From Candidatus Saccharimonadota bacterium (GTDB lineage: Bacteria > Patescibacteriota > Saccharimonadia > Saccharimonadales > UBA4665), in NCBI GenBank assembly GCA_027346135.1, contig DAIESS010000002.1, forward strand, positions 1 through 61,166: a stretch of DNA of 61,166 nt, written 5' to 3'. Under the pieces are notes generated by a model. The model was given only the letters and a program-made list of their open reading frames with translations, did no database searches and was not told the DNA's origin. This document shows positions 27,262 through 37,405 of the stretch, piece after piece. Every line of letters starts with the position of its first letter. Within the stretch, counting starts at the first letter, position 1. Both the position numbers and the translations under genes were made by a program.

Positions 27262-27933
27262 ATGGCACAACCGAGTTCCGTCAAACGATCGCTGATAGAC
27301 AAGGCCAATACGACCATTGTCGCTGTCACGGCTGGCGCCTGTTTTGTAGTGGTTTTCTCCCTCGTAGCATCAGCAACACTGTTTAGCCAGTTCAACTACC
27401 AAAACCGGATTATCGGCGCTAAAAACAAGGCCATCAAGCAGCTCAAGGACGATAAAGCTGCGACCGACAATCTAAAGGTTTCGTACGATAGTTTCGTCAA
27501 TTCTTCGCAGAATATTCTTGGCGGCAATCCAACCGGCACTGGTCCGCAAGACGGTGACAACGCCAAGATTATCCTCGATGCATTGCCGAGTAAATACGAC
27601 TTTCCAGCCTTAACGACGAGTTTGGAAAAAATTCTTACCAGCCAGAGTGTAGAAATCCAAACCATCACTGGTACGGACGATGCACTTAATCAGTCGGACA
27701 ATCAAACTAGCTCAAATCCGACGCCACAGACGATGCCATTCAAAATTTCGGTCGACGGCAACTATGATAGCTTGCACAATGTTTTGCTGGCCCTTGAGCG
27801 GTCGATTCGGCCAATTCAAATTACCACTCTCGATATTAGCGGTGATCAAACCAAGTTAACCCTTAACATTGACGCCCAGACCTACTATCAACCGGCTAAA
27901 GATCTTAACATAACGATGCAGGTAGTGAAATGA
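27262..27933 (+). CDS. pilO: type IV pilus assembly protein PilO-like
   Basis: TM, ALP....P.L...LE, G.Y..L...L..LERS.RPI; position after pilN. Confidence 0.75.
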   Translation: MAQPSSVKRSLIDKANTTIVAVTAGACFVVVFSLVASATLFSQFNYQNRIIGAKNKAIKQLKDDKAATDNLKVSYDSFVNSSQNILGGNPTGTGPQDGDNAKIILDALPSKYDFPALTTSLEKILTSQSVEIQTITGTDDALNQSDNQTSSNPTPQTMPFKISVDGNYDSLHNVLLALERSIRPIQITTLDISGDQTKLTLNIDAQTYYQPAKDLNITMQVVK

Positions 27934-28181
27934 AACAAAAAGACGTTGCTCTTATAATTGTGATTGCAGCCATCAGTGGTTTTGCGTCCTTCTTTTTGTC
28001 GCACTTTCTTTTTGCCACTCCCCAGAATCGTGAGCAGAAAGTCGAAGTTGTCGATAAAATTACGACCGAATTTCCTTTGCCCAGCCATAAATACTTTAAC
28101 GAGAACTCTATCGATCCGGCACAGTTGGTACAGGTGGTGGATAATAATAACCCCAACCCTTTTAAAGGTGCGGGGCAGTAG
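27930..28181 (+). CDS. small membrane protein of the pilus operon (PilP position)
   Basis: Single TM and C-terminal NPNPF; overlaps the pilO stop. Confidence 0.6.
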   Translation: MKQKDVALIIVIAAISGFASFFLSHFLFATPQNREQKVEVVDKITTEFPLPSHKYFNENSIDPAQLVQVVDNNNPNPFKGAGQ

Positions 28182-28208
28182 CAGCCTTTTGCTGGGCGGT
28201 AGTTTGCT

Positions 28209-30023
28209 ATGAGCGTATTGTCTGCAGCCAGTCAGCAGCAGGTAGAGGACGAGCTGATCAGCGAAGGCTTCTTGACGGCTGATGGTTTAAAAAAAGTTAA
28301 AGATAAAGCGGCTGAAAAATCGGCTCCAGTTCTGGGTTTGCTGGTTAGCGAAGGCCTGGTAACGAATGAACAGCTAACCAAGGCAATCGCCAAGGTTACC
28401 AAGATGCCGTACGTTAATCTATCGGCGGCACGTATCGACCAAAAGATTCTAGCTTTGTTGCCGCAAGATATTGCCGAACGATATATGGCTGTGCCATTGG
28501 GTGAGATGCAACATCGTCTAGTTGTGGCCATGCTCGATGCCGACAATGTGCAGGCCGTCGACTTTTTGAGCAATAAAATTGGTCGGCCGCTCAAAGTATA
28601 CGCCGCCTCTGAAGAAGGGGTACGCAATGTCCTTAAACAATACCAGGCAAGCATCGCCGAGTCGGTGGCTGGTGACATCGAGAAGCTAACCGGTGACGTC
28701 AAAGTCGAAGAGGGCGCTCCGGCCGATCCTAAGGGTGGTACGGCGCAAGCTCCGGCCAAGAACATCAAGACCCTGGTGCAAGATTCGCCAATTTCGAAAG
28801 CACTCTCAACCATTCTGGAGTTCGCCGCCAAAAACCACGCCAGTGACGTTCACATCGAACCATTGCAGGACAGTTTAAAGATACGCTGTCGGATTGATGG
28901 TATCTTGCGCGAAGTCATGAAGTTGCCAAAAAGCACTGAACCGCCACTGGTTTCGCGCATCAAAATTTTATCCAACTTGAAGATCGATGAACACCGGACA
29001 CCTCAGGATGGTGAATTTACCATCCAGGTAGCTGGTAAAGACATTGACCTTCGTATCGCCATTTCGCCGGTTATATGGGGTGAGCAGGTGGTTATTCGTT
29101 TGCTCGACAAGTCTGGCACCAGTCTCCGTCTGGAAGACATGGGCTACCGTGGTCGAGCTTTGCGCACGATTCGTGATGGCCTAAAACAGAGTAATGGTAT
29201 GATTCTGACTAGTGGACCGACCGGTTCTGGTAAGTCGACCTCGCTATATGCGCTAATTCAAGAAATTAAAGACGATGCCATTAACATTGTGACGCTGGAA
29301 GACCCGGTTGAGTACAAAATGGAGGGCATTAACCAGATTCAGGTAAACGCCGACGTTGGTTTAACTTTTGCCAGTGGTTTGCGCTCGATTTTGCGCCAAG
29401 ACCCCGACGTTGTAATGGTGGGGGAGATTCGCGATAAAGAAACGGCCGAATTAGCCGTCCAGGCCGCTCTAACGGGTCACTTGGTGTTTAGTACGTTGCA
29501 CACTAACAGTGCGGCTGGCATTCTGCCTCGCTTGCTCGATATGGGTATTGAGCCGTTTCTGATAGCTAGCACCGTAAAAACTGTGATTGGCCAGCGTTTA
29601 GTCCGCCGTATCGGTGAAGAAAACAAAGAAACCTACCAGAGTAACGCTGTCGAAACTGAGTCAATCCACAAGACACTCGACAAGTTTTTGCCGGCTGACG
29701 CCGCTAAAATGAAGGCGGCTTGCGAAGACTTCGGCTATGATAGCTTGCCACTGGCGGGCCAAAGCGCTTATACTTTGAGCAAGGGCAAAGATAGCCCGGC
29801 TTCGCCAGGCGGCTATAGCGGCCGAATGGGGATTTACGAAGTGTTTGCCGTGACAGAAGAAGTCCAAAAGAAGATTCTAACACGGTCAACCAGCGCTGAA
29901 ATCCAGAAGATCGCCCAAGAACAGGGCATGGTCACTATGCGGGAAGATGGCTATCTGAAAGCCTTAAGTGGCTATACAACATTAACAGAAATTAACCGCG
30001 TCGCTGCGGCAGACATACAATAA
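28209..30023 (+). CDS. pilB: type IV pilus extension ATPase PilB (GspE/PulE family)
   Basis: ASDVHIEP, SGPTGSGKSTSLY, TLEDPVEY, LRQDPDVVMVGEIRD, TGHLVFSTLHTN. Confidence 0.95.
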   Translation: MSVLSAASQQQVEDELISEGFLTADGLKKVKDKAAEKSAPVLGLLVSEGLVTNEQLTKAIAKVTKMPYVNLSAARIDQKILALLPQDIAERYMAVPLGEMQHRLVVAMLDADNVQAVDFLSNKIGRPLKVYAASEEGVRNVLKQYQASIAESVAGDIEKLTGDVKVEEGAPADPKGGTAQAPAKNIKTLVQDSPISKALSTILEFAAKNHASDVHIEPLQDSLKIRCRIDGILREVMKLPKSTEPPLVSRIKILSNLKIDEHRTPQDGEFTIQVAGKDIDLRIAISPVIWGEQVVIRLLDKSGTSLRLEDMGYRGRALRTIRDGLKQSNGMILTSGPTGSGKSTSLYALIQEIKDDAINIVTLEDPVEYKMEGINQIQVNADVGLTFASGLRSILRQDPDVVMVGEIRDKETAELAVQAALTGHLVFSTLHTNSAAGILPRLLDMGIEPFLIASTVKTVIGQRLVRRIGEENKETYQSNAVETESIHKTLDKFLPADAAKMKAACEDFGYDSLPLAGQSAYTLSKGKDSPASPGGYSGRMGIYEVFAVTEEVQKKILTRSTSAEIQKIAQEQGMVTMREDGYLKALSGYTTLTEINRVAAADIQ

Positions 30024-30038
30024 CGGAAGGGTGGAACC

Positions 30039-31106
30039 ATGCAGGGGCAACCGCGAATAGAAGTATTACTGGAAGAAGTCGTAAAAAAGAAGGCTTCTGA
30101 CCTCCATTTACAGGTCGGTTTGCCGCCCATGCTACGTATTGATGGTTCACTCGTGCCCGTTAGTGGCGCCGATGCTTTAAGCGATGAGGCGGTTGAGGCG
30201 CTTATCTTTGCGGTGCTCGACGAAGACCAAAAACAAATCTTACTCAAGGACAAGGAATTTGACTTCAGTTTTGCCTTTGGTGATCTTGGGCGTTTTCGTG
30301 TTAACGCTTTCCACGAACGTGGTAACTTAGCCGCCGCCTTACGTTTAATTACCAACGAGATTCTGACGACCGAACAACTTGGCTTGCCGCCGATTGTTAC
30401 TAAGTTTGCAGACTACCCGCGTGGTTTGGTCCTCGTAACTGGACCGACTGGTTCTGGTAAGTCCACCTCGCTAGCGGCTTTGATCCACAAGATCAACATG
30501 GAGCAGGCCAAACACATTATTACCATCGAAGACCCGATTGAGTACACTCACATGTCGCGTAAGTCGGTGATTGTTCAGCGCGAAGTTCACTACGACACTT
30601 ATAGCTTCTCGGCTGCTTTACGCAGTGCCTTGCGTGAAGACCCGGACGTTGTGCTGATCGGTGAAATGCGTGACCTTGAGACCATCGCTTCGGCCATTAC
30701 CATTGCCGAAACTGGTCACTTGGTCTTTGCTACCTTGCACACCAACAGCGCCGCTCAATCGATCGACCGTATGATCGATGTCTTTCCGCCTCACCAGCAG
30801 CCCCAAATTCGGGCTCAGTTATCGAACATCTTGGTGGCTATATGCTCACAGCGTCTAATCCCAGCTATTGGTGGCGGCCGTGTCGCAGCCGCTGAGATTT
30901 TAATCGGTACTCCAGCTGTTCGTAACATTATTCGCGAAGGTAAGAGCCACCAGCTTGACGCCGTTATTCAGACGGGTGCCGAATTTGGTATGCAATCGAT
31001 GGACAAAACCTTGGCTAACTTTATTCACGAAGGTACCATCAGCTACGATGAAGCCCGTAATTATGCCGTCGATGTCGATGAGCTAGATAGGTTAATGAGG
31101 AGCTAA
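30039..31106 (+). CDS. pilT: type IV pilus retraction ATPase PilT
   Basis: ASDLHL, GPTGSGKSTSLAA, ALREDPDV, AETGHLVFATLHT, AVRNIIREGK, GMQSMD. Confidence 0.96.
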   Translation: MQGQPRIEVLLEEVVKKKASDLHLQVGLPPMLRIDGSLVPVSGADALSDEAVEALIFAVLDEDQKQILLKDKEFDFSFAFGDLGRFRVNAFHERGNLAAALRLITNEILTTEQLGLPPIVTKFADYPRGLVLVTGPTGSGKSTSLAALIHKINMEQAKHIITIEDPIEYTHMSRKSVIVQREVHYDTYSFSAALRSALREDPDVVLIGEMRDLETIASAITIAETGHLVFATLHTNSAAQSIDRMIDVFPPHQQPQIRAQLSNILVAICSQRLIPAIGGGRVAAAEILIGTPAVRNIIREGKSHQLDAVIQTGAEFGMQSMDKTLANFIHEGTISYDEARNYAVDVDELDRLMRS

Positions 31107-31111
31107 GACTC

Positions 31112-32335
31112 ATGCTAACGTACGATTACGTTGCGCGCGACCCGGCCAGCGGCCGGCAAGTGAAGGCTGGCGTCCAGGCGGACAGCGAGTCTTCGGCGGC
31201 GAAACTGATTCGTGCTGAGGGGTTGGTGCCAATCGATATTCAGGTTAGTAAAGTTGCGACGGGCGGCTTGCTGGGTCGCTTTAAGCGTGTTAAGACGAAA
31301 GACAAAGTGCTATTTTCACGCCAGCTGGCCACGTTGCTAAACGCCGGCTTGCCACTGTTGCAGAGCTTGCGCAGTGTTAATGGTCAAACCGAAAGCAAAC
31401 AGTTGAAAGTGATCATAGCCGATATCATCACCGATATCGAAGGTGGTTCGTCCTTGGCCAATTCTATGGGTAAACACCCTGATGTGTTCAACCAGATTTA
31501 TCTTAGTTTGGTGGCAGCCGGGGAGGCGTCCGGTACTCTTGATCAAGCGCTTGAACGCTTGGCTAATCAGCAAGAAAAGGATGCCGACATTGTCTCCAAG
31601 ATTCGCGGTGCCATGATTTATCCGTTGATCGTCCTGGTTGTGATGGGCGGCGTGGCCGGTTTTATGATCATTAAGGTGTTACCGCAGGTAAAAACACTGT
31701 ATAGCAGCGTAGCGAAGGGCCATAGCTTGCCGTTCGTTACTCAGGTGTTATTAGCCATTTCAGATTTCACCATCCACTTTTGGTGGGTTGTGCTTATTAT
31801 TGTTGCCGTATTGGTGGTATTCACATCGAAATGGGCTCGGTCGGTTGGTGGTAAAACGCTCATCGACAAGGTAAAGATGCAGGCCTGGCCGTTCGGACCT
31901 CTTTTTATGAAGGTCTACATGGCTCGATTTTCGCGTACGGGCTCAACGCTGGTCGCCAGTGGCGTACCACTGATTCAGGTGCTCGAAATTACTTCCAGTG
32001 CTATCGACAATGTCCATATTGCCGATTCACTCCGCGGCGCCATCGAGAAGGTCAAGGGCGGTAAATCGCTTGGCGACTCACTCCAGGGCGACCCAAACTT
32101 CCTTGAGCTAGTACCTAACATGCTTAAAATTGGTGAGCAATCCGGTTCGATGGAACAAATGCTGGGCAAAACCGCCGATTACTATGAAAAAGAAGTCGAC
32201 CAAGAAATTAAAAATATCCAGACCCTAATTGAGCCACTCATGATGGTTCTAATGGGTATTATGGCTCTAATTATCGTTGCAGCTGTTCTTCTACCGATAT
32301 ATAACCTGGCCGGAAACGTCGGCGGTGTCGTGTAA
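31112..32335 (+). CDS. pilC: type IV pilus platform protein PilC (GspF family)
   Basis: FSRQLATLLNAGLPL, AGEASGTL, GAMIYP, IGEQSG, LIEP. Confidence 0.95.
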   Translation: MLTYDYVARDPASGRQVKAGVQADSESSAAKLIRAEGLVPIDIQVSKVATGGLLGRFKRVKTKDKVLFSRQLATLLNAGLPLLQSLRSVNGQTESKQLKVIIADIITDIEGGSSLANSMGKHPDVFNQIYLSLVAAGEASGTLDQALERLANQQEKDADIVSKIRGAMIYPLIVLVVMGGVAGFMIIKVLPQVKTLYSSVAKGHSLPFVTQVLLAISDFTIHFWWVVLIIVAVLVVFTSKWARSVGGKTLIDKVKMQAWPFGPLFMKVYMARFSRTGSTLVASGVPLIQVLEITSSAIDNVHIADSLRGAIEKVKGGKSLGDSLQGDPNFLELVPNMLKIGEQSGSMEQMLGKTADYYEKEVDQEIKNIQTLIEPLMMVLMGIMALIIVAAVLLPIYNLAGNVGGVV

Positions 32336-32431
32336 AGAAGAGGGGCTGTTTAAAATATCACTTGCAAATTGCGCTGCATCTCTATAGTATGCAAGCATAA
32401 GCATTAATAGCACGTAAGGGGGCACTTGCAC

Positions 32432-32896
32432 ATGCTACAAAACATCAAGAAACGTAACGAAGGCTTTACTATCATCGAAGTGATGATCGTCTTGGCAATT
32501 GCCGGACTTATTATGCTGATCGTGTTCCTGGCTGTTCCAGCCTTACAGCGTAACTCACGCAACACTCAATACAAGAACGACGCTGCTTCATTGCTGTCGG
32601 CTGCGACTGAGTGGAGCAACAACAATAACGGTAAGGTTCCTGCCTCGGCTAATGCAGCAGCTATCCAGTCGCTAGCTAAGACCCAGAACATTACAACTCT
32701 CGTTATTAGCGCTGGTACTTCATCAATTACAACTAGCAACTTCAACACTGCCTACATCGTAACGGGCGTAAAGTGCAACACCAACAGTGGTGCTACGGCT
32801 AGCCTAACTACTGGTGTGGCTACTCGTGCTATGGCTATGGTATACGCTGTGGAAGATTCTTCCGGCGGTAAAGTCGCTCAGTGTACTGAGAGCTAA
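32432..32896 (+). CDS. pilA: major type IV pilin (probable)
   Basis: Class III signal EG|FTIIEVMIVLAIAGLI, C-terminal Cys pair, own RBS and terminator. Confidence 0.85.
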   Translation: MLQNIKKRNEGFTIIEVMIVLAIAGLIMLIVFLAVPALQRNSRNTQYKNDAASLLSAATEWSNNNNGKVPASANAAAIQSLAKTQNITTLVISAGTSSITTSNFNTAYIVTGVKCNTNSGATASLTTGVATRAMAMVYAVEDSSGGKVAQCTES

Positions 32897-32919
32897 ACTT
32901 AGCGAGCAACAAGAATTAT

Positions 32920-32948
32920 AAAACAGGCCCCCAAGGGGCCTGTTTTTT
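32920..32948 (+). terminator. intrinsic terminator after pilin
   Basis: AAACAGGCCCC-caa-GGGGCCTGTTT followed by T-tract. Confidence 0.85.
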
Positions 32949-32965
32949 GTGATAACATAAGCGTA

Positions 32966-33817
32966 ATGGTTATCGCTCTCTTAATTGTGTTTGGCTTAAG
33001 CCTGGGAAGCTTTGTAAATGCGCTGGTTTGGCGTTTGCACGAGCAAGCCGAGCTGTCGCGGCGTAAGAAAAGGACGAAACAACAAGCTGAATATCTGCAT
33101 GACCTCTCTATTAGTCGAGGCCGTAGCATGTGCCCGCATTGTCATCATGAACTAGCTGCAAAAGATTTGGTGCCGGTTTTGAGCTGGCTGTCCCTAAGGG
33201 GCAAGTGCCGCTATTGCCAAAAGCCGATTAGTTGGCAGTATCCGCTTGTCGAGCTGCTGATGGCAGTGATATTTGTTTTTACTTATCTTTACTGGCCATT
33301 AACCCTGAGTGGCCAAAATTGGGTACAATTTGCAGCTTTTCTAGTACTTCTAGTAGGTTTTATGGCTCTGAGTGTATATGATATCCTTTGGTTTCTATTG
33401 CCCGACAGACTGATTGCGCCTTTAACTTTCATTGCCGTGGTGACGGTTCTATTTGTTAGTTTCACGAGCCACGATGGCTTGGCGACTTTTGCCAATGCAG
33501 CCGGCGGAGCGACTGTCATAGCGATTCTATTCTATGCTTTATTTTGGTTTTCAAAAGGCCAGTGGATAGGCGGAGGAGACGTCAAGCTAGCGCCAATGTT
33601 AGGTCTGCTGGCAGGCAATCCAATCAAAGCCTTGTTGGTCGTTTTTTTCGCCTCTTTAATTGGACTTCTGGTGGCCGTACCACTGATGATAAGAGGAAAG
33701 GCTAATCGGTCTAGTCATATTCCTTTTGGCCCTTGTTTGATGGCGGCCGCTCTATTGGTGGTATTATTCGGCGGTAATATAGTGCATGCCTACGAAGCAG
33801 TATTTACGCTGAACTGA
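32966..33817 (+). CDS. pilD: prepilin peptidase PilD
   Basis: GSFVN, RSMCPHC...GKCRYC, YD.....LPD, GGGDVKL, IPFGP. Confidence 0.95.
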   Translation: MVIALLIVFGLSLGSFVNALVWRLHEQAELSRRKKRTKQQAEYLHDLSISRGRSMCPHCHHELAAKDLVPVLSWLSLRGKCRYCQKPISWQYPLVELLMAVIFVFTYLYWPLTLSGQNWVQFAAFLVLLVGFMALSVYDILWFLLPDRLIAPLTFIAVVTVLFVSFTSHDGLATFANAAGGATVIAILFYALFWFSKGQWIGGGDVKLAPMLGLLAGNPIKALLVVFFASLIGLLVAVPLMIRGKANRSSHIPFGPCLMAAALLVVLFGGNIVHAYEAVFTLN

Positions 33818-33853
33818 TATCATGCCGAATACGCTTATGTTATACTTGACCTC

Positions 33854-34633
33854 ATGAAGCGTGGTTCTACGCAGGCGGGCTTTACCATCTTCGAAACACT
33901 CATAGTGCTGGCTGTTTCAGCTGCTTTATTTACTATGGTGGCTTTGACCATGTCTGGCAGTCAAAACAAGGCCCAATTTTTGCAGGCCACTCAAAACTTG
34001 CAAAGTCGTATACAACAGATAATAAGCGATGTGCCAAACGGTTTTTTCCCAAATACCGGCAATGTTCAATGTTCGGCAAGTGCGGCTGGCGTAATCATTA
34101 ATTCAGCGAGCCAAGAGCAGGGTACCAACCAAGACTGTGTCTTTCTAGGAAAAGTAGTTCAATTTCATATACAAGGAACCGATCCGGAGCAGATTAACAC
34201 CTATAGCATAGCCGGTTGGCGGCAAGCCACAACGGTAGCGGCGGCTAAGCCGATAGTCGTCAATGTGCCGGGCGCAATTGATACGACCCTCATGAATTAT
34301 GGCTTGACGAGCAAGTCACTTACTTATGGCGGTATACCAATAGGTGCGTTCGGTATTATTAGCGAAATGGGCTCTTTAAATGCGGCCGGTAGTTATGAAT
34401 CGGGTAATCAGCGGGTTGATCTAGTGCCGATCATGTCATCGAATCTAAATGTTACGACCGGCAGTAGCGTATCGACTATTAACAGTAATTTGGCGGCCAG
34501 TATGGCCAATAGCAACCCTCCGGGGGGCATTTTGCTGTGCGTCCAAAGCGGCACCACTAGTCAAACCGCACTTATTACGATTGGCTCTGATGGTCATGAC
34601 TTAGCTGTCGAGTCAGAGGTTAAGCCATGCTAA
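33854..34633 (+). CDS. minor pilin
   Basis: AG|FTIFETLIVLAVS type IV pilin N-terminus. Confidence 0.85.
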   Translation: MKRGSTQAGFTIFETLIVLAVSAALFTMVALTMSGSQNKAQFLQATQNLQSRIQQIISDVPNGFFPNTGNVQCSASAAGVIINSASQEQGTNQDCVFLGKVVQFHIQGTDPEQINTYSIAGWRQATTVAAAKPIVVNVPGAIDTTLMNYGLTSKSLTYGGIPIGAFGIISEMGSLNAAGSYESGNQRVDLVPIMSSNLNVTTGSSVSTINSNLAASMANSNPPGGILLCVQSGTTSQTALITIGSDGHDLAVESEVKPC

Positions 34634-35280
34634 GTAAACGTCATTCAAAACAAGGCTTTGGCTCGTATGGTTTTACCGTCTTGGAGCTGCTTGTTTCTAC
34701 GCTGGTCTTCAGCGTTGTTTTACTAGTTATCACTGCCGGGATTATTGCCTTTACGCGCCAGTACTATCACGGTGTCATTAATTCGCGAACGCAAGCGACG
34801 ACTCGCGCTATAATGGCGGAATTAACGCAGAGCTTACAGTTTGGCCGAACGGTCAATTTGGGGCTGGTGAACGGATCGGCTAACGGCTTCTGTATAGATA
34901 ACAAGCTTTTTAGTTATGTTACGGGCCAGCAAGTTGAGTCGAGCCCTGATACAACTCAGCACCAAAATTACCAAGGTTTCGTCGAGAATAATAACGGTGG
35001 AACCTGTAGTGCTACCAGTGGCAGCTCTTTGAGTGTACCTGCGACAGCCGTGTTGCCTAGCGGCGAACGAGAATTACTGGGAGATCATATGCGTTTAGGC
35101 GATCTGACTATCCAGCCCACCGCCGGCGGACTTTATAGGGTTCATTTAAGGGTTATCTATGGCACCGATGATTTACTATCGAGCACAAACTGGGCCACGG
35201 CAGTTTGCAAGGGTGGCTCTGGGTCACAGTTTTGCTCTGTATCGGAGTTGACCACGACCGTTCAACAAAGGTTAGAATAG
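34627..35280 (+). CDS. minor pilin (PilW-like)
   Basis: YG|FTVLELLVS N-terminus. Confidence 0.85.
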   Translation: MLSKRHSKQGFGSYGFTVLELLVSTLVFSVVLLVITAGIIAFTRQYYHGVINSRTQATTRAIMAELTQSLQFGRTVNLGLVNGSANGFCIDNKLFSYVTGQQVESSPDTTQHQNYQGFVENNNGGTCSATSGSSLSVPATAVLPSGERELLGDHMRLGDLTIQPTAGGLYRVHLRVIYGTDDLLSSTNWATAVCKGGSGSQFCSVSELTTTVQQRLE

Positions 35281-35288
35281 GAATAAGC

Positions 35289-36353
35289 ATGACCAGAATA
35301 TCTTTACTGTCTAGTAAAAAGTCTTCCGAGCAGGGGATGACCGCAATTTTCGTAACCATGATACTTATATTTGTCATTAGTCTGTTGGTGTTAGGTTTTG
35401 CCTTGTTGTCGCGTCGCGAACAGCGCACCAGCCTAGACTCGCAGCTTAGCACCCAGGCCTATTATGCCGCCGAAAGTGGCGTTAACGATGCGGCCGGTGC
35501 TATCCAAAATCAGCTCAATACTGGCGGCGCCATCGCAGCCAAAACTGCTTGCGTCGACTCGGCGCCGTATAAATTCAATGCTACTGGCGAGTCAACACTT
35601 TCCGCCCCTGATGGTGTTTCCTATACCTGTGTTTTGATAGACCCGGCACCTAAAACTCTCACCTTCAAGAACGTTGGTGCCGATGGGGTCGTTATACCAA
35701 TGACGTCCGCGAGCGGGAATGCTTTTAACACCATCACTATAACTTGGCAGCCGTCACCAGGGCAGGAGACAGCACCTGTAAACTGTTCGGTACCAACTAC
35801 TCAGTTGCCGACTTCAACTGCCTGGGTGTGCAAATATCCAATGCTTCGCATGACCACTGTGCCGGGTAATGTCTTGAGTCGCGCTGCCTTAATGGTCAAC
35901 GCACGTACGGCCTTTCTTATGCCTCAATCGGCTGGCAGTGGCAGTATGTCGATTGGCGCCAATGCACAAGTCCTAGGAGCGCACTGTACGGTGACAGAGT
36001 GTAAGATGGTTATTTCGGCTGGAGGCACATCTAACAAATACTTTATGCGCCTGAATGCTCTATATCGCCAAACCAGCAACATCAGCATAACTGCGACCGA
36101 TACCACCGGAGCTGGCGTAGGTTTGGTTGGAGCGCAAGCTATTGTGGACTCAACTGGTAAGGCCCAGGACGTCTTGCGTCGAATAGTTGTAGCGGTTGAT
36201 CTAACGGACGCAAACGCCAATAAATTACCCACGGCGGCTCTAACTACGGGTGACTCGGTCTGTAAGCGTTTTACAGTAGCTACGGGTGTTCCGTTTAACA
36301 AGATCGGGCCTTTTGCCGGCGCCGGTGGCGCAGACAATATACTGTGTAACTAA
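35289..36353 (+). CDS. PilX-like minor pilin
   Basis: EQG|MTAIFV lacking Glu5, QAYYAAESGVNDA motif. Start reassigned to ATG 35289. Confidence 0.8.
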   Translation: MTRISLLSSKKSSEQGMTAIFVTMILIFVISLLVLGFALLSRREQRTSLDSQLSTQAYYAAESGVNDAAGAIQNQLNTGGAIAAKTACVDSAPYKFNATGESTLSAPDGVSYTCVLIDPAPKTLTFKNVGADGVVIPMTSASGNAFNTITITWQPSPGQETAPVNCSVPTTQLPTSTAWVCKYPMLRMTTVPGNVLSRAALMVNARTAFLMPQSAGSGSMSIGANAQVLGAHCTVTECKMVISAGGTSNKYFMRLNALYRQTSNISITATDTTGAGVGLVGAQAIVDSTGKAQDVLRRIVVAVDLTDANANKLPTAALTTGDSVCKRFTVATGVPFNKIGPFAGAGGADNILCN

Positions 36354-36356
36354 AAG

Positions 36357-37289
36357 TTAGTTAGCGCTCGACTCTTTATGTGTGGCGTTATGGAATTTCT
36401 CGTGTGTTGCTTTAAGATGTGGGTCGGTTACGTGGGTATATATTTGTGTTGTACTGATGTTGCTGTGGCCGAGCATGGCTTGAACGGAACGCAGATCGGC
36501 TCCATTCATGAGCAAATCGGTTGCGAAACTATGGCGCAATGTGTGTGGGCTGACGTGCTTGGTAATGCCGGCTAGCAAGGCGTAGCGAGCGACTAGCCGT
36601 TGGACACTGCGAGCTGTCAGTCGGTGGAAGTTGCCGGTCAAATCCACCTTTTTCGTACCGCTGTAGCGCACAAAAAGCGGCCGGGCAGTGTCCTTTCGTT
36701 CCTGCAAGTATTGTTCAATGCGGAGAGCGGCTTCCGGGCTGATAAAAATCGGCCGGTCTTTTTGGCCCTTACCACGTACCATAAATTCCCGCCGTTTTAG
36801 GTTTATGTGATCGCGATCGAGTCCCACTAGTTCTGACACGCGCAGCCCGCTACTGAACAGTAATTCCAGGATTGCCCGGTCTCGCTTGCCCACAAGAGTC
36901 GAGGTGTCGGGCACATCGAACATGCGCTCCAACTCTTCTTCGCTTAAAAATGTGACCTGTTTTCGGACCGTTCGAGCCAGCTCGATCTTATCGGCGGGCA
37001 GAGCAGATACATCGCGTTTGGCACAATATTTTAAGAAGCCGCGCAGGGCAATCAGGTGGTAATTTTGGGTGGTCTTTTGAAGCTCGTCAGAGGTATTGGT
37101 GCCTAGCCGGTTCAGCCATAAACGCCATTTGCGGACCAGTTCAACATCAATTTCGCTGACGTTTATGTCGCCGGCAAAATCAAGCAGGCGGGTCAAGTAA
37201 TGATCATAATTAGCAATCGTTTTTTGCGACCGGTTTTGTTCGATTTCCATATATTCCAGGAAATCGGTTTTAGCTCGCTGAAACTTCAT
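36357..37289 (-). CDS. Xer-family tyrosine recombinase (XerC/D-like)
   Basis: RDRAILELLFSSGLRVSEL, GKGQKDR, HTLRHSFAT, LGHSNISTTQIYTHV. Confidence 0.92.
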   Translation of the reverse strand: MKFQRAKTDFLEYMEIEQNRSQKTIANYDHYLTRLLDFAGDINVSEIDVELVRKWRLWLNRLGTNTSDELQKTTQNYHLIALRGFLKYCAKRDVSALPADKIELARTVRKQVTFLSEEELERMFDVPDTSTLVGKRDRAILELLFSSGLRVSELVGLDRDHINLKRREFMVRGKGQKDRPIFISPEAALRIEQYLQERKDTARPLFVRYSGTKKVDLTGNFHRLTARSVQRLVARYALLAGITKHVSPHTLRHSFATDLLMNGADLRSVQAMLGHSNISTTQIYTHVTDPHLKATHEKFHNATHKESSAN

Positions 37290-37405
37290 ATGTTTATTGT
37301 AGCAGGCAGTCGCTAGCGCCGAAGTAATTACTCTGTTAAATTATGCGGTTTCTTGCTAGAATAACGGTAAAGACAGCTAATAATTATCGAAGGAAGTTAC
37401 CCCTT

